DNA of 32,000 nucleotides from Endozoicomonas arenosclerae (GTDB lineage Bacteria; Pseudomonadota; Gammaproteobacteria; Pseudomonadales; Endozoicomonadaceae): NCBI RefSeq assembly GCF_001562015.1, contig NZ_LASA01000143.1, positions 15,942 to 47,941 of the forward strand, read 5' to 3'. Shown piece by piece: positions 25,903 to 32,000 of this stretch (position 1 is its first letter; each line of letters starts with the position of its first letter). The notes under the pieces were generated by a model. It saw only the letters and a program-made list of their open reading frames with translations, ran no database searches and was not told where the DNA came from. The position numbers and the translations under genes were made by a program.

Positions 25903-28320
25903 TCAAAACAACCCCATTTGCTCGTCAATCAAGGTATTAAAGTCCAGATTGATGAAAGGCAGTACACCATCCGCAACCGGTTTTAGCTGCTTGTCGATGT
26001 AATGCTGGTAATCAATGGGACTCCTGAGGTATTCCAACGGTTCAGGCCCATTCACCGTCATCACGTATTGCACCCAGCCCTTTCTCTGGTACTTCAGTGA
26101 CTTTCCCAATGATTGATTGATCTCGTCAGCCATTCTGGCGGCTCGCACTTGAGGTGGCACATTCTTTACATAGTCTTTCAGATTACGACGCAACCGCTTT
26201 CGATAGACAAGCTTATCATCCCACTCTCCTGCCAACGTTTTCTCTACTGTTTCTCTGACCAAAGCCTCAGGTGATTGATCAGCAAAAACGAGAGTAAACA
26301 ACTCTGTCTGAAAATACTTGGCCAGTGCCGTCCAATCAGAACGCACAGTCTCCAGCCCTTTGAAAACCAGTTCCTGCCCGGAAGAAGTCGTTTTAATACC
26401 GGCATAACGCTTTTTACTGCCCGTGTCCGCACCTCGAATCGTAGGCATCAGGAAGCGTCGATAGCAGGTTTCAAATTCCAGCTCGAGAGCAGATTCCAGC
26501 TGGAAGTCACCCTTTAGCTTTTCATCCCAGCGCTGGTTAATCATTTTCTCCAGTTTTTTGCCCGTAGTTGCCGCCTGATCATCGGAATAGGTTTCATTCA
26601 AGAGCACAAATGTGGAATCCGTGTCCCCATAAATCACCTGATAGCCCTGTTCTTCAATCCAGCGAGCTGTCTGTTGCATGATCTCGTGCCCTCTTATAGT
26701 GATGGAACTGGCCAGACGCGTATCGTAAAAACGACAGCCTCCAGAGCCCAAAACACCATAGAAAGAGTTCATGATAATTTTGAGGGCCTGGGAACGAGCT
26801 GCATCCTTCTGCTTTTTGGCTTCATCCCTCTGGGCCCACAGGGAGGCAATGATATCGGGTAGAAAATGTTTTTCGCGGGAGAACATCCCCCCCCTGAAGC
26901 CGGGAATGGCATCATCGGGCTCAGCCAAACCTTCAACCAGGCCCATGGGATCAATTTTGAAAGTCTTGATGATAGAGGGATACAGACTTTTGAAATCCAG
27001 CACGATGACATTGCGGTAAAGCCCGGGGATCGAATCCATGACATATCCGCCAGGACTGGCCAACCCTCCCCCTTCAGGCAAGTTGGGCGCTATGTATCCG
27101 GCCCGATGCAACCTGGGTAAATAAAGATTGGTAAAGGCCTGAACAGAACCGCCCATGCGGTCCAGCTCCAATCCGGTTAGATGACTGCGAAGCCTGAGAT
27201 AATCCAGAATATTGGTGTGCTCAAAAATAGCTTCAACCAATCGGCAGTCTTCCAGGTTGTATCGGGCCAGCTTTTCCTTGTTGTGGCGAAAGTCATGATT
27301 GATGATCGCCATCCGGTTATCGACATCCTCTGTTGCCTTACCTCGCCCTAACAGGGCTTGGGCTACCGATTCGAGACTGAAACTATCGAATTGATAAGTA
27401 GCTGCCTTGAGAGCTTCTATTCCATCAATCACCATGCGGCCGGGTATGGTTATAAAACCCTGACCACTGTCCCCCCTGCGATTTCGCCAGCTCGCGGCCT
27501 GTCCACCCCTACCCAACCTGAGCTTCATACCATGACGATCAGCACGCTTGAGTAACAGACGAAAATCAAAATTAATAACGTTCCAGCCAATCACGATGTC
27601 CGGGTCCAGCGTATGAAGCACCTCTTCAAAAGCTTCCAGGAGGGCTTTCTCATGATCAACCCACTGAATCCACTCCACGGGCTCCTGGTTGCCCACCATG
27701 ATCACAAGACCATAATCACCACCTGAGAGCCCGATGGAATAGAGTTCCCCTCTCTCAGAACACTCAATGTCCAGAGAAATCACTTTGAATGAAGGATTAA
27801 ACTCTGCGGGTCGGATACGGGCATTCTGATACTCGACATAGCCTGACCTTGAGCGTGGCTGGCCTGTAAACTCGAGACCGCCATAGACAAATCGCTCCAT
27901 AAGATAGCGATCTGCCAGCCTGAAATCAGACTCAAACAGTTCCAGCCCTTTGGCTCTGAGATAATCGTGGATTAAGAAGGACTGGGCTGTATCCTTGCTG
28001 TAGACCGCAGAGATGGCGTCATGCTGAAAATCCTTCAGGGTGAGAGGTCGAACTTCAGCGTCAGCAAACGCTTTCAGAAAAGCGTGTTGCAGGGGTTCAA
28101 ACAAAGCCGTCTTAACAAAACAAACCGGACGCTCACCCTGAATCACTAATCGAACCGGACCGGATTCTGTTACCACCCAGAGAACAATCTCGGTCTGCCC
28201 CTTCTTGTCATGGCTGTGCCGGCTCAGTAGAAAACCTTTTTGCAAGGGTTCTCTTTTTTGTAAGGGCTCAATAGCAGGCAAGTCAGTTCTCAAACGTAAT
28301 GTGTCCAACAGTTTATGCAT
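25903..28320 (-). CDS. polB: DNA polymerase II (family B)
   Basis: Exo I DIECS, Exo II WNVINFDFRLL, motif A DFKSLYPSII, motif B KIIMNSFYGVLG, motif C YGDTDS. ATG 28320 (MHKLLDTL..., 805 aa) is preferred. The 84-codon upstream extension in the track is Cys/Ser/Arg-rich and unlike PolB. Confidence 0.9.
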   Translation of the reverse strand: MHKLLDTLRLRTDLPAIEPLQKREPLQKGFLLSRHSHDKKGQTEIVLWVVTESGPVRLVIQGERPVCFVKTALFEPLQHAFLKAFADAEVRPLTLKDFQHDAISAVYSKDTAQSFLIHDYLRAKGLELFESDFRLADRYLMERFVYGGLEFTGQPRSRSGYVEYQNARIRPAEFNPSFKVISLDIECSERGELYSIGLSGGDYGLVIMVGNQEPVEWIQWVDHEKALLEAFEEVLHTLDPDIVIGWNVINFDFRLLLKRADRHGMKLRLGRGGQAASWRNRRGDSGQGFITIPGRMVIDGIEALKAATYQFDSFSLESVAQALLGRGKATEDVDNRMAIINHDFRHNKEKLARYNLEDCRLVEAIFEHTNILDYLRLRSHLTGLELDRMGGSVQAFTNLYLPRLHRAGYIAPNLPEGGGLASPGGYVMDSIPGLYRNVIVLDFKSLYPSIIKTFKIDPMGLVEGLAEPDDAIPGFRGGMFSREKHFLPDIIASLWAQRDEAKKQKDAARSQALKIIMNSFYGVLGSGGCRFYDTRLASSITIRGHEIMQQTARWIEEQGYQVIYGDTDSTFVLLNETYSDDQAATTGKKLEKMINQRWDEKLKGDFQLESALELEFETCYRRFLMPTIRGADTGSKKRYAGIKTTSSGQELVFKGLETVRSDWTALAKYFQTELFTLVFADQSPEALVRETVEKTLAGEWDDKLVYRKRLRRNLKDYVKNVPPQVRAARMADEINQSLGKSLKYQRKGWVQYVMTVNGPEPLEYLRSPIDYQHYIDKQLKPVADGVLPFINLDFNTLIDEQMGLF

Positions 28321-28623
28321 TCTGGGAAGGTGCAGGCTTATCAGATAGTAACATTGCCGGAAGCTGGCCGGGAGATTTGAACGACAAGGAGAGCAACTTT
28401 TCCGTTTTGATATGGACAAACTCTCAGGTCTGGCTAAAAATGGAGGAACTTCAAGACCTGAACAAATCGCTTCTGCCCTTATCCGGGTTGAGCGTTTGAA
28501 ATTGAAAAGCCTGGTGCAGGAACCACCAGTGCTTGAAAACAGCCATGAACAATAAAAGCAACATTTTCTCAAAACCCTTGAGATGAAAAATGTTCACGAT
28601 AAGAAAAAGATAGGTTCAGTTTG

Positions 28624-29937
28624 ATGACAATACCTGACGATCTTGAGTACCAGACCGGTTTTGGTAACGAGCATGAAACAGAGGCTCTACCCGGAGCCCT
28701 GCCCAAAGCCTGCTTCAGTCCTCAGAAAGTAGCTTACGGACTGTATGCGGAGCAGTTTTCATCCACCGCATTCACCGCCCCCAAACACCAAAACAGGCGT
28801 ACCTGGACCTATCGAATCCGGCCCTCTGTCGTTCAGGGAGAATATTTGCCCTGGAATCAGAACCCGCTACTAAAAACAGCCCCCCTGGATGACCTGCCAC
28901 CAACACCGGCACAGCTCAGGTGGGATCCATTGCCCATGCCGGATCAGCCTACGGACTTTATCAGCGGCTTAACCACCATAGCCGCTAATGGTGATGCCCG
29001 ATCACAACTAGGCAGCGCCATCCATCTTTATGCAGCCAACCAGAATATGGAGAAGCGTTTCTTTTACAACGCGGACGGTGAGCTGTTGATGGTGCCCCAG
29101 GACGGTGAACTGCTTATCTTTACCGAATTAGGCAAATTACAGGTCAGCCCGGGAGAAATTGCTGTCATTCCCCGAGGAATGAAATTCAGAATCGACCTGC
29201 TTTCCGGTCAAGCCCGTGGTTATATTTGTGAAAATTATGGAGCCCCGCTGCATCTGCCTGAACGCGGCCCCGTGGGCGCAAATGGTTTTGCCAATGATCG
29301 TGACTTTCAGTATCCCGTAGCCTGGTACGAAGACGAGGAAGGCGATTTCGAACTCCTTTGCAAGTTTTCAGGTCATCTCTATGCCTGTGAACTGAACCAT
29401 TCGCCATTGGATGTGGTTGCCTGGGTGGGCACCTCGGCCCCCTACAAATACGACCTGTCTCGATTCAATGTCATCAACACCGTCAGTTATGACCACCCTG
29501 ACCCTTCGATCTTCACGGTCCTGACCTCGCAGTCCGATACACCTGGAGTCGCCAATCTGGACTTTGTCATCTTCCCGCCACGCTGGATGGTGGCTGAAAA
29601 CACCTTCCGCCCCCCTTGGTACCATCGCAATATTATGAGTGAGTTCATGGGGCTGGTGCACGGTGTTTACGACGCCAAGGAAAAAGGATTTGTGCCTGGA
29701 GGCAGCAGCCTGCATAACTGCATGTCACCTCACGGCCCGGAAGCTGAGGTTTTCAAAAAAGCCAGCGAAGCCGACCTCAAGCCGGTTCGCTATGAAAACA
29801 CCCTGGCCTTTATGTTTGAGTCCCGGTATGTCTATGTCCCTTCACAATTCGCCATGGACAGCGACATACGACAAAAAGACTATATTAAATGCTGGTCTGG
29901 CCTGCAGAAACATTTTGATCCGGCTCTCAAACCCTGA
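28624..29937 (+). CDS. hmgA: Homogentisate 1,2-dioxygenase
   Basis: [42 protein letters not shown]; full-length family match. ATG 28624 lies one codon after the TTG 28621. Confidence 0.93.
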   Translation: MTIPDDLEYQTGFGNEHETEALPGALPKACFSPQKVAYGLYAEQFSSTAFTAPKHQNRRTWTYRIRPSVVQGEYLPWNQNPLLKTAPLDDLPPTPAQLRWDPLPMPDQPTDFISGLTTIAANGDARSQLGSAIHLYAANQNMEKRFFYNADGELLMVPQDGELLIFTELGKLQVSPGEIAVIPRGMKFRIDLLSGQARGYICENYGAPLHLPERGPVGANGFANDRDFQYPVAWYEDEEGDFELLCKFSGHLYACELNHSPLDVVAWVGTSAPYKYDLSRFNVINTVSYDHPDPSIFTVLTSQSDTPGVANLDFVIFPPRWMVAENTFRPPWYHRNIMSEFMGLVHGVYDAKEKGFVPGGSSLHNCMSPHGPEAEVFKKASEADLKPVRYENTLAFMFESRYVYVPSQFAMDSDIRQKDYIKCWSGLQKHFDPALKP

Positions 29938-29960
29938 GCCCACAACAATAAAAATTCTGA

Positions 29961-30002
29961 GTGCCTGAATCTCTGTATAGATTTCAGGCACATCTTTTTC
30001 TT
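29961..30002 (+). terminator. Hairpin plus T-run between hmgA and fahA (terminator/attenuator)
   Basis: gtgcctgaa / ttcaggcac 9-bp stem extended by tct / aga across a 1-nt bulge, loop ctgtat, then atctttttctt. Ends 20 nt before the fahA start. Confidence 0.5.
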
Positions 30003-30021
30003 AATGCTTTCAGGATAAACA

Positions 30022-31356
30022 ATGATTTCACTGAATGAGACCCATGACGCTTCTCTCACCAGCTGGGTAAATTGCGCCAATCAATCCGGCACTGACTTTC
30101 CGATCCAGAATCTGCCTTTTGCTGTTTTCAAAACGGGCACTGAACCCTTCCGTTGCGGTGTAGCTATTGGCAACCAGATTCTGGATCTGAAAGCCATATC
30201 AACCCTTAAACCTTTTGAAGGTAAAGCGGCTGAAGCTCTGACGGCCTGTGCCAGTGAAACACTCAATCCCTTCATGGATTTAGGCTTTGAACACTGGAGT
30301 GCTATGAGACTGAGCCTTTCCCGAGCCCTGAGAGCAGGCTCTGATCTGGAAAGTCAGCTAAAACCCTGTCTGATCCCTATGGATAAGGCCGAGTTTGCCC
30401 TGCCCTGCCAGATTCGGGATTACACAGACTTTTATTCCTCTATTTATCATGCCACTGCCGTAGGTTCCCTGTTCAGGCCTGATAATCCATTGCTACCCAA
30501 CTACAAGTGGGTGCCCATTGGTTACCATGGCCGGGCTTCATCCATTGAAGTCACAGGCCAGTCGTTCCACCGTCCGGTAGGCCAAACCAAAGCCCCGGAC
30601 GCCGAACAGCCTTCCTTCGGTCCTTGTAAACGTCTTGATTATGAGCTTGAGATGGGCGTCTTCATTGGTCAGGGCAATACGCTAGGTGATGCCATTCCAC
30701 TGCAAAAGACCGATCAACATATCTTCGGTATGTGTCTGCTAAATGACTGGTCTGCCCGGGATATGCAGGCCTGGGAATACCAGCCATTGGGACCTTTCCT
30801 GGCCAAGAGTTTTGCCTCAACCATCTCGCCCTGGATTGTCACCCTGGAAGCGCTGGCACCTTACAGAACCGAATATCAGCGACCCGCTGCCGATCCAAAA
30901 CCCTTGCCTTATCTTTCTTCAGACGAGAACAGTTCGCTGGGAGCGCTGGATATTCAACTGGAAGTACTGCTGCAAACCCCTGCCATGAAAGGCTCGCAGA
31001 CGCCTGTAGCGCAAAAACAGTGCATGGAAAAGTTGTCCCAGTCCAGCTTCAGACACTCTTACTGGACCATTGGACAGATGGTGGCTCACCACGCCAGTAA
31101 TGGTTGCAACCTGCAATCCGGTGACTTGCTGGGCACAGGAACACAGTCAGGCCCTAAGCCCGAAGAAGCCGGTTCATTGCTCGAACTGACCAAAGGCGGC
31201 AAACAGCCACTGAATCTTACCAATGGCGAACAGAGAACGTTCCTGCAGGATGGAGATACTGTCGTTATGAGAGGCTGGTGTGAAAAAGAGGGTGCTGCAA
31301 GAATCGGTTTTGGTGAAGTCGCTGCCACCCTGCTACCCGCTAAAGCAGCGAACTGA
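30022..31356 (+). CDS. fahA: Fumarylacetoacetase
   Basis: DYTDFYSSIYHAT, GYHGRASS, DYELEMGVFIG, NDWSARD; SD agga upstream. Confidence 0.93.
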   Translation: MISLNETHDASLTSWVNCANQSGTDFPIQNLPFAVFKTGTEPFRCGVAIGNQILDLKAISTLKPFEGKAAEALTACASETLNPFMDLGFEHWSAMRLSLSRALRAGSDLESQLKPCLIPMDKAEFALPCQIRDYTDFYSSIYHATAVGSLFRPDNPLLPNYKWVPIGYHGRASSIEVTGQSFHRPVGQTKAPDAEQPSFGPCKRLDYELEMGVFIGQGNTLGDAIPLQKTDQHIFGMCLLNDWSARDMQAWEYQPLGPFLAKSFASTISPWIVTLEALAPYRTEYQRPAADPKPLPYLSSDENSSLGALDIQLEVLLQTPAMKGSQTPVAQKQCMEKLSQSSFRHSYWTIGQMVAHHASNGCNLQSGDLLGTGTQSGPKPEEAGSLLELTKGGKQPLNLTNGEQRTFLQDGDTVVMRGWCEKEGAARIGFGEVAATLLPAKAAN

Positions 31357-31370
31357 AAGAGGATAGTCGT

Positions 31371-32000
31371 ATGAAGCTATACAGCTACTTTCGATCATCG
31401 GCTGCCTATCGGGTCAGGATTGCCCTGAACCTTAAAAAACTGGATCACGAACTGGTTCCGGTCAATCTGTTGAAATCGGAACAGACAGGCAGTGACTACA
31501 AGGGCATCAACCCTCAGGGACTGGTCCCTACTCTGGAAGTTGAATCAGGCAGATTAAGTCAGTCCATGGCGATGCTGGAATGGCTGGAAGAAACCTGCCC
31601 GGAGCCTGCCATCATTCCCGGAGACGCCTGGCAAAAGGCTCAAATCCGTAGCCTGGCCAATTTGATCAGCTGCGATATTCATCCCCTGAACAACCTCAGG
31701 GTATTGAAAACGTTACAAGCTGAACTGGGAGCCACTGATGAGCAGAAAACACAGTGGTATCAGCACTGGATACAGGTTGGCTTTGATGCCTTTGAGCAAC
31801 AACTGGGAGACTCGGACTTTTGCGTCGGAGACACGCCGACACTGGCCGACATCTGTTTAGTCCCCCAGGTCTACAATGCCTTGAGATTTAAAGTGCCGTT
31901 AACGGATTACCCAAAGATCAGGAAAATCTACCAGCACTGCAATGAGCTCAAAGCATTTATTGATGCGAGCCCAGAGCAACAACCTGACAGTACCCTATAA
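31371..32000 (+). CDS. maiA: Maleylacetoacetate isomerase (zeta-class GST)
   Basis: MKLYSYFRSSAAYRVRIALNLK.. (SSxxxRVRIAL signature). Follows fahA with SD agagga. The TAA stop forms the last three bases of the window. Confidence 0.9.
   Translation: MKLYSYFRSSAAYRVRIALNLKKLDHELVPVNLLKSEQTGSDYKGINPQGLVPTLEVESGRLSQSMAMLEWLEETCPEPAIIPGDAWQKAQIRSLANLISCDIHPLNNLRVLKTLQAELGATDEQKTQWYQHWIQVGFDAFEQQLGDSDFCVGDTPTLADICLVPQVYNALRFKVPLTDYPKIRKIYQHCNELKAFIDASPEQQPDSTL

Larger units (their letters stand above)
20676..25950. mobile_element. Putative ~5.3 kb accessory island / cassette array at the polB 3' end, bounded by 48-nt imperfect direct repeats; no recombinase present
   Basis: Direct repeats at 20676-20723 and 25903-25950. 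The interior has ten co-oriented small ORFs and is visibly AT-rich over 20.7-24 kb. Spot counts of single 60-nt lines give ~25-37% GC, versus ~58% in a napA line. The flanks are core genes. Confidence 0.6.

Noticed and set aside
28321-28572. 84-codon N-terminal extension of the polB ORF
   Set aside because: The Cys/Ser/Arg-rich extension has no similarity to PolB N-termini. ATG 28320 gives 805 aa, and the alignment to E. coli PolB begins shortly after it (GFLLSRHSHD.. vs GFILTRHWRD..).
28321-28620. Search for an SOS (LexA) box or other shared operator in the polB/hmgA divergent region
   Set aside because: I checked each CTG for CTG-N10-CAG spacing and none fits. Only a short hairpin (ctggtg..caccag, 28511-28529) is present. 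No regulatory site is claimed.
1-32000. CRISPR arrays, rRNA or tRNA genes, IS elements
   Set aside because: No regularly spaced repeats, no tRNA-like T-arm/acceptor patterns, and no transposase-like ORFs were seen on either strand.

Overview
The window looks like chromosomal DNA from a gammaproteobacterium, judged by gene content (a marine or host-associated lifestyle is inference only). Roughly 48-58% GC by spot counts in the core genes. Most of it is ordinary core sequence.

Core genes:
- 1-1722: 3' end of a large LamG-containing, probably T1SS-secreted protein.
- 1817-2089 and 2221-2550: an HU gene and an XRE regulator.
- 2679-7010 (minus strand): envelope-glycolipid modification operon of an ArnT-like GT, a PAP2-GtrA fusion and a GT9.
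- 7223-8815: nupC-family transporter plus a small XapX-type ORF missing from the ORF track.
- 11918-14308 and 14480-15568: a UvrD-family helicase and an orphan solute-binding protein.
- 15720-20215: complete napFDABC operon, followed by a translationally coupled small-membrane-protein/lipoprotein pair.
- 25903-28320: polB.
- 28624-32000: hmgA-fahA-maiA.

Two accessory regions stand out.
1) 20676-25950 is a ~5.3 kb AT-rich cassette array sitting exactly at the 3' end of polB.
- It is bounded by a 48-nt imperfect direct duplication of the polB terminus (43/48 identical; both copies still encode ...NLDFNTLIDxxMGLF-stop).
- It has no recombinase.
- It holds a compact pyocin-like/polymorphic-toxin gene split by one in-frame TAG, two tandem paralogous immunity-like genes, and four more small orphan immunity-like genes (one CdiI-like).
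- It also holds an 81-nt gene-fragment scar.
- The array is headed by a signal-peptide protein and a DUF2283 protein.
2) 9452-11755 encodes a 767-aa protein. Its core reproduces the YopJ-family (clan CE, C55) His-Glu-Cys spacing and the VNKKxET motif. It has a ~400-aa N-terminal extension and a polybasic C-terminal tail.

No tRNA, rRNA, CRISPR, transposase or integrase was recognised.
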